Shown here one piece after another: positions 18,757 through 28,874 of a DNA stretch of 64,000 nucleotides. The stretch's first letter is position 1. Each line of letters starts with the position of its first letter. The stretch is from an uncultured bacterium (GTDB taxonomy: Bacteria; Patescibacteriota; Microgenomatia; Levybacterales; UBA12049), in NCBI GenBank assembly GCA_963826535.1, contig CAWGXL010000011.1, forward strand, positions 320,809 to 384,808, in the 5' to 3' direction. A program made the translations under genes and the position numbers. Under the pieces are notes generated by a model. The model did no database searches, was not told where the DNA came from, and saw only the letters and a program-made list of their open reading frames with translations.

Positions 18757-20523
18757 TTATTGTGAAGATAGATGGGAGGAGAGTTGGGAGTATTTTTTTT
18801 TCAGTTCCTGGACTTCTTTTTCCAGACCTGATTGCTCTTTTGTTTTAATTTCAATGGCTAGAGTTTTCATTTTTTGATGGATATAGATTAGCTTAAGTTT
18901 GGAGGCTACTTTTTCTACTTCCTTGGTTAGCTTATTTTGATCAGCGAAATGCGGAAGCGGAAAGAGCATTGAGGAGTCGTAGCTTTCGATCAGCTCAGCG
19001 GGGAGGGCGTTTATGAATTTATGGCCGTCAAAGTTGTCTGAATGGGCAAAATGATCTAAGAGATGATATAGAATTTTCTGGCGGGCGCGATCTTTGGACA
19101 ACGAGTCAGATAGAATATTAACTGCTAAATCTAGAACGGCTTTGGGGTTATCGCTCTGTACTATTAAAGATAGCAAGTATTCTTCCATAATTTCTTCTTT
19201 GGGGCGTTTGGATTGGGGCGCGGTTTTTACCACTGCTGTTTGTTCTTTGGTAGTCATGCGTTCGATTTCTTTGGCGACGCTTTCATAAGACGTATCAAGG
19301 AGGTTCGCGGTTTTTCTGAGATAGTGTTCTTTGATAATTTCGTTTTTAATATTGGAGAACAGCGGGAGCATTGCGTCAGCTATCAGCTTTTTGCCTTCAG
19401 CTGTCTGAATATCGTTAAGGCGCGCTAAGTTGTTTAAGAGGTAATCGTAGGCGCCTTGATCATCGCGTACCGCTTTTTTGAAGAGACCAGAATCCTGTTT
19501 TAGCGCTTCATCGGGATCTTTACCTTGCGGGATGTCTATGACTGTTGGTACGAGTCCTTTTTTTTCCACAACTGCTAAACTTCTTTTGATAGCTTCTTGG
19601 CCGGCTTTGTCACCATCGAAACAGAAAGTAATCTTTTCAGCGAATCGGGCTAGCAGATTTACTTGCGCTTCTGTGAGGGCAGTTCCTTTGACGCCAACAA
19701 CATTGGATATTCCATGCTGAAAACAGGAAATTACATCGAACTCTCCTTCGCAAACAATCACCTGGCCTGCTTTGCGGATGGTGTCTTTGGTGATGTTGAG
19801 TCCATAAACGCACTCTCCTTTGTGGTAAGCCACAGTCTCGCGGGTATTGATGTATTTGGCGGTGGTCGCGTTTTTATCCAGGACGCGGCCCGCAAAGCCG
19901 ACAACATTATCTCTATGGTCAACCAGCGGAAAAATTAGTCTTCCTCTAAAAAAGTCCTGTGTTCTCCCCCCCCATTGTGCGGCTAAGCCAGCGTCAATGA
20001 TATCTTGCGGGGAAAAGCGTTTTTTTTCGATGAGATATTTAGTAAGGGCATTACCAGTGCCCGGCGCAAATCCGAGCATAAAGGTTTGGATGATTTTGTG
20101 AGTTACTCCCCTTTCTTCAAGATAAGCCAAGGCTTTTTTGCCTGCACTGTGCTTGACGAGAACGTAGTGATAGTATTCACGAGCAAGAATATTAAGGTCA
20201 TAGATTTTTTCTTTTTTGGAGTTTTGGGCAATTTGGGTTGGTCTAGTTGCAAGTTCGATGCCAGCCCGTTTGGCTAACATGCGAAGGGCTTCAGGAAATT
20301 CGAGACGTTCGTATTCCATGAGAAAGGAATAAACGTCGCCACCTTTTTGACAGCCAAAGCACTTCCACATTTGGCGTTCAGGGTTGACCATGAAAGAGGG
20401 GGATTTTTCTGTATGGAAGGGGCAGTTGGCTTTGAAGTTGCGGCCGGCTTTTTTGAGTGGAATAAATTCTTGAATAAAGGAGACAATGTCTATTTTTTCG
20501 CGGATTTGGGAAACTTCGTCCAT
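18757..20523 (-). CDS. dnaG: DNA primase
   Basis: CPFHTEKSPSF...CFGC zinc ribbon, KYINT, TOPRIM EGEFDV and FDGDKAG. Confidence 0.96.
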   Translation of the reverse strand: MDEVSQIREKIDIVSFIQEFIPLKKAGRNFKANCPFHTEKSPSFMVNPERQMWKCFGCQKGGDVYSFLMEYERLEFPEALRMLAKRAGIELATRPTQIAQNSKKEKIYDLNILAREYYHYVLVKHSAGKKALAYLEERGVTHKIIQTFMLGFAPGTGNALTKYLIEKKRFSPQDIIDAGLAAQWGGRTQDFFRGRLIFPLVDHRDNVVGFAGRVLDKNATTAKYINTRETVAYHKGECVYGLNITKDTIRKAGQVIVCEGEFDVISCFQHGISNVVGVKGTALTEAQVNLLARFAEKITFCFDGDKAGQEAIKRSLAVVEKKGLVPTVIDIPQGKDPDEALKQDSGLFKKAVRDDQGAYDYLLNNLARLNDIQTAEGKKLIADAMLPLFSNIKNEIIKEHYLRKTANLLDTSYESVAKEIERMTTKEQTAVVKTAPQSKRPKEEIMEEYLLSLIVQSDNPKAVLDLAVNILSDSLSKDRARQKILYHLLDHFAHSDNFDGHKFINALPAELIESYDSSMLFPLPHFADQNKLTKEVEKVASKLKLIYIHQKMKTLAIEIKTKEQSGLEKEVQELKKKYSQLSSHLSSQ

Positions 20524-20540
20524 ATTGAACCCCGATTGAA

Positions 20541-20557
20541 CCCCGATTTTATCGGGG
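20541..20557. repeat. REP-like palindrome ccccgattttatcgggg
   Basis: Related copies at ~31335-31350 (cccgatttaatcggg) and ~56373-56389 (ccccgattttatctggg). Confidence 0.6.
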
Positions 20558-20947
20558 AAGTTGGGGCGAGGCTATTGTAGCATGTATTGGCGAATTTTTC
20601 CTCTATTCAATTGTATATTATTTGATGTATTAAGCTTGAGTTTTATTCTTTTATTTTATAAATTCTGGGTTCTAAGATTTATTGTTTAGGCTTTTATTGA
20701 TTTTTTGCCGTTTTAAAATTGGGGTGTTTGGGTTTGATATAGACGGACTTAATACGGACTGATAAAACAATCTTTACAAAGTTTTTAAATTGCGTAATAC
20801 TTATTTTCCTATGTTCTTATTTACTTTCTTTAAATCTTCTAAGATATGGTTGGCAGGGAAGACGACCGGAGCGAGAAAAAAATTCTCCTCTATTCGGCTG
20901 GTGTTTTTGGCGCCGGTGGAATAATGGCTATTAGCGAAGGGCAAGGA

Positions 20948-21328
20948 TTATTTACCAGAAGCTTGACCAACCACAACTACAGTATCCTTAGAAGCGGCAG
21001 GATAATAAAGCCTATTTTGTGCTTTTACAACTCTCTCAGGCTTAACTCCTCCTTTAGTAGCCCAATCTAATGCGCTTCTTCCACCATACTGTTCTTTTAA
21101 AGCTTCATCTGGCGTCATGAGCTTTACATGTTCATCTCCTACCCAAGTAGTTTTTACTGAAGGTTTTGCGTCCTGAACAGTTATTTTTTCACCGCTAACT
21201 GTAATGTTGTATTGTCCCACGACTGTTTCTCTAACACCCAAAGCTGTTTCTCCAAACTTCTCATGTACCTTAGCCATTGCAGCGGCATCCTCTACCCCAC
21301 GGCCAAACTGTGCCTGATTTCTAACCAT
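20948..21328 (-). CDS. Hypothetical protein, possibly the 3' part of a frameshifted gene starting at 21465
   Basis: 126-aa ORF whose frame stays open upstream to ~21413. An overlapping out-of-frame ORF starts at ATG 21465. Confidence 0.45.
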   Translation of the reverse strand: MVRNQAQFGRGVEDAAAMAKVHEKFGETALGVRETVVGQYNITVSGEKITVQDAKPSVKTTWVGDEHVKLMTPDEALKEQYGGRSALDWATKGGVKPERVVKAQNRLYYPAASKDTVVVVGQASGK

Positions 21329-21522
21329 AAATGAGTCAAATTCTTTAGTTAAAAGGGCGCCGCGACTTTCGCTACCACATACAATACCTGGCGAGTTATT
21401 TGCGGTTCTAAAACCTCAACTGATTCGGTTGCTCTCCCAATTTCACCTGCACCTAGCTCTGTCATAATAACTGTACTATAGACAATTCGTGACTAAATGT
21501 CAAATTTTTGTATGCTTAAAAA

Positions 21523-21963
21523 TTAATAAATACTATCTATTTCTTCAACCAGCAGTTTTTTTAGGGATTCTGTTTTTAGATTTATCAGTTTTTCGTCATT
21601 CGTTATAAATGTTTTTGAGCCTGATATAATTGCTGTTGCTATTTGAAGAGAGTCGGGTGTGCGAAGATGCGGATTTTCTCTTCTTAGACTTGCAGCTTTT
21701 TCCATTATTTCCCAGTTGACATCATATACGGTAAGGTTGGGAGTTTTTTGAAAAAACCTGGCAAAAGCCAATAATTTATCTTGATCGCGCTCGAGCTTAG
21801 GGGCGGATAGAACTTCAAGAGTAGTGATAATCGAAGTAACGGCGCTTAAGTCTCCCTTTTCTATTTGTTTAAATAGTCGATTGACCTTTTTTATATACCG
21901 GCTATCTTCCTCGAAAAGATAGATAAACACCATTGAGTCGAGATAAACTTGGATTTTGTTCAT
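21523..21963 (-). CDS. vapC: PIN-domain toxin (VapC-like)
   Basis: YLDSMVFIY, TTLEV, LRTPDSLQIATA, FITND. ATGA overlap with the antitoxin gene. Confidence 0.85.
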   Translation of the reverse strand: MNKIQVYLDSMVFIYLFEEDSRYIKKVNRLFKQIEKGDLSAVTSIITTLEVLSAPKLERDQDKLLAFARFFQKTPNLTVYDVNWEIMEKAASLRRENPHLRTPDSLQIATAIISGSKTFITNDEKLINLKTESLKKLLVEEIDSIY

Positions 21964-22208
21964 TTTTTGGACCAATGATTTCTTTCTTTGTCAATGTATT
22001 CCTCGCCCCTTCCCCAAACACCCCGGCCCAAACCTGTAACCTTTTTAACCCAGCTTTCCGGCTCGAGCTCAAGTATAGCCTTAGGCACTGTTCCCTTATT
22101 TTCAACGGACAAGAGCAGTTTGCTTCCAGGCTTTAGTCCGAGTTTTTTTCTAGCACGGCTTGGTATAACTACTTGTCCTTGTGAGGATAAAATTAAAGTG
22201 TAAAGCAT
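21960..22208 (-). CDS. AbrB/MazE-type antitoxin (VapB-like)
   Basis: SSQGQVVIPSRARKKLGLKPG swapped-hairpin motif, directly upstream of the PIN gene. Confidence 0.85.
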   Translation of the reverse strand: MLYTLILSSQGQVVIPSRARKKLGLKPGSKLLLSVENKGTVPKAILELEPESWVKKVTGLGRGVWGRGEEYIDKERNHWSKK

Positions 22209-22372
22209 AATACATTTAATTTATCAAAAAGTTAAATAAATGTCAATAGCGCATTTATCTTAAAATTTGCTATGATAGATTTGCCGCTCAGAATTGATCT
22301 TATTATGATGAATTGCAAGATCAATGCTTTAAGTATTATACTTAATTGTAATATGATAATAGATGAATATAT

Positions 22373-23902
22373 ATGTTAGCTAGGGTTTTGTCAGCGGCGA
22401 TTGTGGGGTTGAACGCGGTTCCGGTGGAGGTTGAGGTAGATATTGCGGCACAGGGGTTGCCGAATTTTTTTATAGTCGGACTTGGGGATAAGGCAGTTGA
22501 GGAGGCGAAGGAGCGGGTGCGATCGGCGCTTCGGAATAGCGGGGCAGATTTTCCTGCCAGGCGGATCACGGTAAACTTGGCGCCGGCAGATTTACCGAAA
22601 GGAGGTCCTGCCTATGATATGCCTATTGCGTTGGGAATCCTCATAGCATCCGGACAATTGCAGGCAGACCCCGCGGATGCACTTTTTGCGGGAGAATTGT
22701 CACTGGACGGGCGTGTGCGGCCGATTACCGGAGTGTTGCTCGCGGCAATTTTGGCAAAAGAGAAAAAAATAAAACAGTTTTTTGTTCCGGAAGATAATGC
22801 TAATGAGGCTACAATTGTGCCAGATATTACTGTTTATCCTGTTCCCTCTCTTCTTTCACTTTTTCAGCATTTTACAAATCAACAACTTCTACAGCCTAAG
22901 GAAGCAGTTGCATATTCTGAGGAGGCAACTAATAATTTTGATTTTGATATGCAGGATATTAAGGGCCAGCAGGCGGCAAAAAGGGCGCTGGAGATAGCGG
23001 CAGCAGGAGCTCACAATGTAATTCTGAAAGGGCCTCCGGGGGCGGGAAAGACTTTACTTGCACGTACTCTGGCATCAATTCTGCCAAAGTTGACTTTTGA
23101 GGAGATGGTTGAGGTTACTAAGATTTATAGTATTTCAGGACTATTGGGAAAGGAGGCGATCGTGAGACAGAGGCCTTTTCGTGCGCCGCATCACACCACT
23201 TCACTGGTTGGACTAATCGGCGGCGGCTCCCATCCAAAACCAGGAGAGATTACACTCGCCCATCGAGGAGTTCTGTTTTTGGATGAATTTCCTGAATTCC
23301 CCAGATATATTCTTGAGAGCTTACGGCAACCGATTGAGGATAGTATTGTGTCAATTTCGAGAGCAAACGGTAAACTACTTTTTCCGGCAAAGTGCATGCT
23401 GGTTGCTGCACAGAATCCCTGCCCGTGTGGTTATTATCAAGACAGTAAACGCGCCTGCAGTTGTACATCGACGCAAGTTATGCGCTATCATAAACGTATA
23501 TCAGGACCTTTGCTTGACCGAATAGATATACATATTGATGTACCAGCCGTACAGGCGCATAAGTTGACTGAGGTAGATGGAGCCTCTGTGGAAAATTCAG
23601 CCGCGGTGCGTGGGCGAGTGCAAAAGGCAAGGGACGCTCAAATTAAACGATTCACCGGAACTACCCTCAGTTCTAATTCGGAATTGACGAGCAGGAATGT
23701 TAAGCAATATTGTGTTCTAACAGATGATTGTATAGATCTGCTACGCCAGGCAGTCTCGACGTTGCATTTATCCGGCAGATCATATTATCGTACAATAAAA
23801 TTAGGCCGGACAATTGCTGATCTAGACAATCAAGAGGACATAAAACCAAACCATATTGCGGAAGCATTACAGTATCGGCCGAAAATAGACACGGTGGTAT
23901 GA
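22373..23902 (+). CDS. comM: ComM/YifB Mg-chelatase-like AAA+ protein
   Basis: ITVNLAPADLPK, GPPGAGKT, RPFRAPHHT, LAHRGVLFLDEFPEF, NPCPCG. Confidence 0.92.
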   Translation: MLARVLSAAIVGLNAVPVEVEVDIAAQGLPNFFIVGLGDKAVEEAKERVRSALRNSGADFPARRITVNLAPADLPKGGPAYDMPIALGILIASGQLQADPADALFAGELSLDGRVRPITGVLLAAILAKEKKIKQFFVPEDNANEATIVPDITVYPVPSLLSLFQHFTNQQLLQPKEAVAYSEEATNNFDFDMQDIKGQQAAKRALEIAAAGAHNVILKGPPGAGKTLLARTLASILPKLTFEEMVEVTKIYSISGLLGKEAIVRQRPFRAPHHTTSLVGLIGGGSHPKPGEITLAHRGVLFLDEFPEFPRYILESLRQPIEDSIVSISRANGKLLFPAKCMLVAAQNPCPCGYYQDSKRACSCTSTQVMRYHKRISGPLLDRIDIHIDVPAVQAHKLTEVDGASVENSAAVRGRVQKARDAQIKRFTGTTLSSNSELTSRNVKQYCVLTDDCIDLLRQAVSTLHLSGRSYYRTIKLGRTIADLDNQEDIKPNHIAEALQYRPKIDTVV

Positions 23903-23909
23903 GGAATAT

Positions 23910-23961
23910 AAGGAAGAAATTATTTGTAACTACTGGATCCCCGCGTTCGCGGGAATGACAA
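23910..23961 (+). repeat. 52-bp dispersed element with GC hairpin, copy 1
   Basis: 46/52 identical to 35236-35287. Ends tggatccccgcgttcgcgggaatgac. Confidence 0.8.
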
Positions 23962-23979
23962 AATTGATTTGAGTAAAGT

Positions 23980-26349
23980 ATGGAAAAAGAAACAGTCTTA
24001 GGACTTACACATCACGAAGCCAAGCTACGATTGATGCAGAACGGGAAGAATATTATTAACTCCGAGTCCTCATCGTCTTTGCGGGCGATTTTCTTCTCTC
24101 AATTTCCAACAATGATCAACTGTATACTTGCTGTGGCGGCGATTTTATCCTTTGTCCTAAGAAATATACTGGACGGAATATTTATCCTTGCCGTTATTTT
24201 GGTAAACGGCATTCTGGGGTTTATTCAGGAATACCGGGCAGCGCGAACAATCGCGAAATTAAAAGATTATACCGCTCCAACTGCACGAGTTATACGGGAA
24301 GGAAGAGAGGAAGAAATCTTAGCCGAAAATTTGGTGGTAGATGATATTGTGATCCTTGCCGAGGGAAGCCGTGTTCCTGCTGATGGCGCGCTCGTCGGGA
24401 CAACGCATCTTGAAATTGATGAGTCAATTTTGACCGGTGAATCACTGGGTGTGATGAAGAAAATTTCCGGTACTGTTTATTTGGGAACGCTTGTCACAAA
24501 GGGCAAAGGCCGAATGCATGTGGAAAAGACAGGTATGCAGACACGGTTTGGACAAATTGCTCAAAACTTATCAACGATTAAGGCAGATAAAACACCATTA
24601 CAAAAAAATCTTGACGGCTTAGGCAACACATTATCCTTTATAGCAATTATTGCGGGGCTCTTAATTATCCCAATAGGACTATTCTATGGTGAATCCCTAG
24701 TTCCATTAGTTCTGGTTGGGGTAAGCATAGGGGTGGCAGCGATACCAGAAGGGCTGCCGGCAGTTGTAACGATTGCTTTTGCCGTGGGTGGTCATCGAAT
24801 GGCAAGACGCGGCGCGATTGTGAGAAAAATGGCTGCTATTGAAACGCTTGGCGCTGTACAAATTATTCTATCGGATAAAACCGGCACCATTACTCAAAAC
24901 CTAATGCGGGTGAAAAAGTATTGGCTGGAAGACAATGCTAAGTTAACTATGATACTTAGGGCATGTGTTCTTGGCAATACAGCGTCACTGGTTGAAAAAG
25001 GGAGTGGCTCAGCATATGAGGTGGTCGGCGATCAGACGGATGGCGCTCTTCTTTTGTGGGCGAAAGAACAGAAAGTTAAGCCGCTTATCTTAGAGGGAGG
25101 AGAAGTGCTTGATGAGTATGTGTTTGATCCGGAGTACAAAACCATTACAACCGTCTGGAAACATAACAGCCTAAAATATGTCTTTGTCAGGGGGGCGCCG
25201 GAAGCGGTCATTGCTAAAAGCATTCTTACTGAAACAAAAAGAGAGATGGTAACCGCGAAATATGAGGATTTTGCCAAAGAGGGGCTGCGTACAATAGCAT
25301 TTGCATTCAAGAATGAGGGTAGTGCAGGCAAGGTTGAGCGGGAGCAATTGGAGCGTGACTTGACCTTTTTAGGTTTTATCGCAATTTATGATCCGCCTCG
25401 GACAGAAGTAAAAGATGCTATTAAAAAATCCCGCACGGCGGGTATCCAGGTCATTATGGTTACGGGGGACAATGAATTGACCGCGCTTAGTCTGGCACGA
25501 GATATTGGACTGATTGAGAAGGATGAGGATGTGATAACCGGCGAAGAACTCACAAAAATGACTGACGATACGCTATCAAATATTATTCTTAAAACGCGTG
25601 TGTTTGCACGTACGCAACCTGAAGAGAAGCTACGGCTGGTTTCCCTTCTGAAAAAGCAGGGAGTGGTTGTTGGAGTAACCGGAGATGGCGTCAATGATGC
25701 GCTGGCTCTAAAAATGGGAGACGTTGGCGTGGCTATGGGGAAAGGCGGCACCGATGTTGCCCGGGAAGCATCTGATATTGTGCTCACTGATAATAGCTTT
25801 GCGACCCTAATCAAAGCAATTGAGGAGGGGCGGATTATTTATAAAAATATAACAAATGCGGTTGTCTATCTTATTTCCGGAAACCTGGCAGGAATGTCAT
25901 TAGTATTTTTTGCCACTTTGGCTCATCTTCCATTTATCCTTTTACCAACACAAATATTGTGGATAAATCTTGTCACCAGTTTGCCTGCTCTTGCTTTGGC
26001 AACCGGCGCCCGGGACGCGACGGTTTTGCACAAAAAACCACGTGATCCGGCCGTACGCTTATTGAATTCAAAGCGGCTTATGATTATTTGCCTTATCGGC
26101 TTTACGCTTTCAGGCTTTCTGCTGGCTCTTTTTGCATTTCTACTGCAAAATACTACAGAAACGCAGGCACGAGGCGCAATTTTTAATTTGTTTATTTACT
26201 TTCATTTGCTTATTGTTATGGGAATTGGCTGGCAGTCGCTTAAAAAAGGGAATGTGTTTTTGGTATTTACAGTAGTTCTAATTTTTCTCCTGCAAGTCAT
26301 TATCTCTACAATACCTTTTTTCCAACAAATATTTCATCTGCGGGTATAA
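23980..26349 (+). CDS. Cation-transporting P-type ATPase (type II, Ca2+-like)
   Basis: TGES, IPEGLP, DKTGT, TGDN, GDGVNDA, QILWINL. Confidence 0.92.
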   Translation: MEKETVLGLTHHEAKLRLMQNGKNIINSESSSSLRAIFFSQFPTMINCILAVAAILSFVLRNILDGIFILAVILVNGILGFIQEYRAARTIAKLKDYTAPTARVIREGREEEILAENLVVDDIVILAEGSRVPADGALVGTTHLEIDESILTGESLGVMKKISGTVYLGTLVTKGKGRMHVEKTGMQTRFGQIAQNLSTIKADKTPLQKNLDGLGNTLSFIAIIAGLLIIPIGLFYGESLVPLVLVGVSIGVAAIPEGLPAVVTIAFAVGGHRMARRGAIVRKMAAIETLGAVQIILSDKTGTITQNLMRVKKYWLEDNAKLTMILRACVLGNTASLVEKGSGSAYEVVGDQTDGALLLWAKEQKVKPLILEGGEVLDEYVFDPEYKTITTVWKHNSLKYVFVRGAPEAVIAKSILTETKREMVTAKYEDFAKEGLRTIAFAFKNEGSAGKVEREQLERDLTFLGFIAIYDPPRTEVKDAIKKSRTAGIQVIMVTGDNELTALSLARDIGLIEKDEDVITGEELTKMTDDTLSNIILKTRVFARTQPEEKLRLVSLLKKQGVVVGVTGDGVNDALALKMGDVGVAMGKGGTDVAREASDIVLTDNSFATLIKAIEEGRIIYKNITNAVVYLISGNLAGMSLVFFATLAHLPFILLPTQILWINLVTSLPALALATGARDATVLHKKPRDPAVRLLNSKRLMIICLIGFTLSGFLLALFAFLLQNTTETQARGAIFNLFIYFHLLIVMGIGWQSLKKGNVFLVFTVVLIFLLQVIISTIPFFQQIFHLRV

Positions 26350-26470
26350 GTATAGAATATTAGAACCTTACCTCACTAATTTGTTATACATTTGTAAAGT
26401 TTAAGTAATGTATTTTCATAAATTATTTAATATAATCATTTCAACCAAGTAGTAAAGGGGGTGAATATTT

Positions 26471-26698
26471 ATGGTAATAACAAGAGAAAGCAAATTAAAT
26501 TGCCCTAAATGCGAAACGCAGATGCAGGACGGTAGATTATTAGCAAATGGTTTGGTGTGGGCTGGGAAGAAGATGGATAAAGTTTATGAGAATGTTGTAA
26601 AAGGATGTGAAGCAAAGCCTGCATTTGGAGTAGTAGCTTTTAGATGTCCAGCGTGCAATTATATTGAGCTTTATACTAATGAGGAAGAGGAGGCTTAA
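26471..26698 (+). CDS. Small zinc-ribbon protein
   Basis: CPKC...CPAC, preceded by a strong GGGGGTGA Shine-Dalgarno-like site. Confidence 0.7.
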   Translation: MVITRESKLNCPKCETQMQDGRLLANGLVWAGKKMDKVYENVVKGCEAKPAFGVVAFRCPACNYIELYTNEEEEA

Positions 26699-26736
26699 TG
26701 CTTTGAAGCAAAAATGAGGAGACGTCAGCTATTTCT

Positions 26737-27759
26737 TTAAAATAATTCGTTCTGATTTGTAAAAGTAATCCCAAGGTGTTGGAAGCCAGCTTTGGTGGCG
26801 ACTCGGCCTCGGGAGGTTCTTTGGAGGAAGCCGATTTGGAGCAAATAGGGTTCGACGATGTCTTCTATTGTTCCTGTATCTTCGGAAATGGTTGAGGCAA
26901 TTGTTTCTATGCCGACCGGGCCGCCGTTGTGTTTTTGGATAATGGCATGCATGAATCTAATGTCCAATGGATCAAGGCCCATTTCATCGACTTCAAGCAT
27001 CTTGAGAGCAGCTTTGGTTGCGGAGAGATCAATTTGGCCTTCTCTTTTCACTTGGGCATAATCACGGACTCTTTTCAGAAGTTTCAAGGAAATGCGAGGC
27101 GTACCTCGGGCGCGTTTGGCGATTTCTTTGACACTTTCTTTATCAATTATAATCTTCAATTTTTTTGCACCACCAACTATGATTGTTCCCAATTCGGAAG
27201 GGTAGTAAAAATTCAACCGGTGCACAACGCCGAAGCGATCGCGCAGAGGCGCGGAAAGCAGGCCGGCGCGGGTAGTGGCGCCGATGATGGTGAATTGGGG
27301 AAGATCAAGGCGAAGCGTGCGGGCGGAGGGGCCTTTGCCTAAGACAATATCCAAGGCGAAGTCTTCCATGGCAGAATACATTGTCTCTTCTACTGTTTTA
27401 TGCAAGCGGTGGATCTCGTCGATAAATAGTATATCGCCTTTTTCAAGATTGGTGAGGATTGAGGCGAGATCGCCTGAGCGAGTAAGCGCAGGGCCTGAGG
27501 TAATACGAAGATTGGCGCCCATTTCCCTGGCCACAATGTGAGCTAGTGTTGTTTTTCCAAGTCCGGGCGGGCCGTAGAAAAGTATGTGCTCAATAGGTTC
27601 GCCGCGTTTTTTGGCGGCAGTGATGGCGATTTGTAAAGCGGTTTTGACACTTTCTTGTCCGCAAAATTCATCCCAAGAGCTTGCCCTGAGAGATGTGAAT
27701 AGCTTTTCTTCTTCCGGAGAGATTTCTTGAGTTTTATCCTTAATTGCTTTATCAACCAT
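26737..27759 (-). CDS. ruvB: Holliday junction helicase RuvB
   Basis: GPPGLGKTTLA, FIDEIHRL, GATTRAG, PLRDRFG, RGTPRI. Confidence 0.97.
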   Translation of the reverse strand: MVDKAIKDKTQEISPEEEKLFTSLRASSWDEFCGQESVKTALQIAITAAKKRGEPIEHILFYGPPGLGKTTLAHIVAREMGANLRITSGPALTRSGDLASILTNLEKGDILFIDEIHRLHKTVEETMYSAMEDFALDIVLGKGPSARTLRLDLPQFTIIGATTRAGLLSAPLRDRFGVVHRLNFYYPSELGTIIVGGAKKLKIIIDKESVKEIAKRARGTPRISLKLLKRVRDYAQVKREGQIDLSATKAALKMLEVDEMGLDPLDIRFMHAIIQKHNGGPVGIETIASTISEDTGTIEDIVEPYLLQIGFLQRTSRGRVATKAGFQHLGITFTNQNELF

Positions 27760-27763
27760 AATT

Positions 27764-27827
27764 AAATTACAAATCCAAAATTACAAATTCCAAATAATAT
27801 CAAAATTCAAATAAATAAATTCAAAAC
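27764..27827. repeat. Degenerate heptamer array, left arm of an inverted repeat
   Basis: aaattac aaatcca aaattac aaattcc aaataat...; complementary to 28181-28243. Confidence 0.8.
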
Positions 27828-27840
27828 TATTTAATTATAA

Positions 27841-28203
27841 TTATTTTGATTTTTCTAATATTGCTGCGAATATTTTTACCAATTCTACAGTTTCTTGAAG
27901 AAGCGGTTGTATTCTTTCATTGAATTCAGGATTTGCCTCGATAATTAGGTTGAGCCAATATATTGTTTCTTTTCCTTCTTTTCTACAAATTCTGATTCTA
28001 AAAAGAAAGTCTTTTTTTGTTTCTGTTTCGTTTGCCTCTCTATAATTCGCTCCCATCGATGTTCCAGAACGGATAACCTGATCTATTAAATTAAAATTTA
28101 TTGTGTTTTTCGGAATGGCTTTTGCTAAGTGAATAATTCTTTTTCCAAAATCAAGTGTTCTTTCTTCTAGATCGTACTTTTTTGTATTTTGAATATTTGT
28201 CAT
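27841..28203 (-). CDS. Four-helix-bundle protein (TIGR02436 / 23S rRNA IVS protein / Avd-like)
   Basis: YDLEERT..F, DQVIRSGTSMGANYREA, KKDF...ICRKEGKETIYWL. Confidence 0.88.
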   Translation of the reverse strand: MTNIQNTKKYDLEERTLDFGKRIIHLAKAIPKNTINFNLIDQVIRSGTSMGANYREANETETKKDFLFRIRICRKEGKETIYWLNLIIEANPEFNERIQPLLQETVELVKIFAAILEKSK

Positions 28204-28243
28204 TTGGATTTATTTGGAATTTGAGATTTTGAATTTTGAATTT
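28181..28243. repeat. Degenerate heptamer array, right arm of an inverted repeat
   Basis: ...ttatttggaatttgagattttgaattttgaattt. The 14-bp core 28210-28223 is the perfect reverse complement of 27784-27797. Confidence 0.8.
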
Positions 28244-28817
28244 ATTTTCCTAAGTATTTTAATGCCATTCTGACTTTCTCCCCAACTGACTCCCCTGCTC
28301 CATTTAAAGCTTTTAGGGCGCTTCGGGCTTCTGCCGGGGTAAAACCAAAACTTTTCAGAGCAGATACGACTTCACTTGCTTCTTCCCTATCGCCGGACAA
28401 ATCAATATCCCCTACCCCACCGAGTTTGCTCTTGAGTTCGATAATTATTTTCTGAGCGTTTTTTTTGCCAAGCCGCGGGACTCCGGTAAAGAACGACGTG
28501 TCATTGGAAACTATAGCTTGGATAATTTCAGGTCTTGAGCCAACAGAATAGATTGCAAGTGCTGTTTTGCAGCCTACTCCTGAAACGCTGATTAAATATT
28601 GGAAGAGCTTGAGATCTTGAGGTTCTGTAAATCCGTATAACTCAAGGAGGTCTTCGCGGACATGGGTATGGGTGTAGAGCATTAGACTTTGTCCTGTGCC
28701 GTTGATTTTGGTTAAAACCGATAATGGAACTAGTACTCTATACCCTACTCCGTTGACGTCGATAATCAAACAGGGATCTTCTCTATATTGGATTGTACCT
28801 TTGAGTGTTCCAATCAT
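28242..28817 (-). CDS. ruvA: Holliday junction-binding protein RuvA
   Basis: DVNGVGY, HVREDLLELYGF, VSGVGCK, GKKNAQKIIIELK. Confidence 0.95.
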   Translation of the reverse strand: MIGTLKGTIQYREDPCLIIDVNGVGYRVLVPLSVLTKINGTGQSLMLYTHTHVREDLLELYGFTEPQDLKLFQYLISVSGVGCKTALAIYSVGSRPEIIQAIVSNDTSFFTGVPRLGKKNAQKIIIELKSKLGGVGDIDLSGDREEASEVVSALKSFGFTPAEARSALKALNGAGESVGEKVRMALKYLGK

Positions 28818-28874
28818 AAATGGCAGTGATCGTGAGGTGATTATAGCATAGATTGAAATGGGTAATGCTTATGG

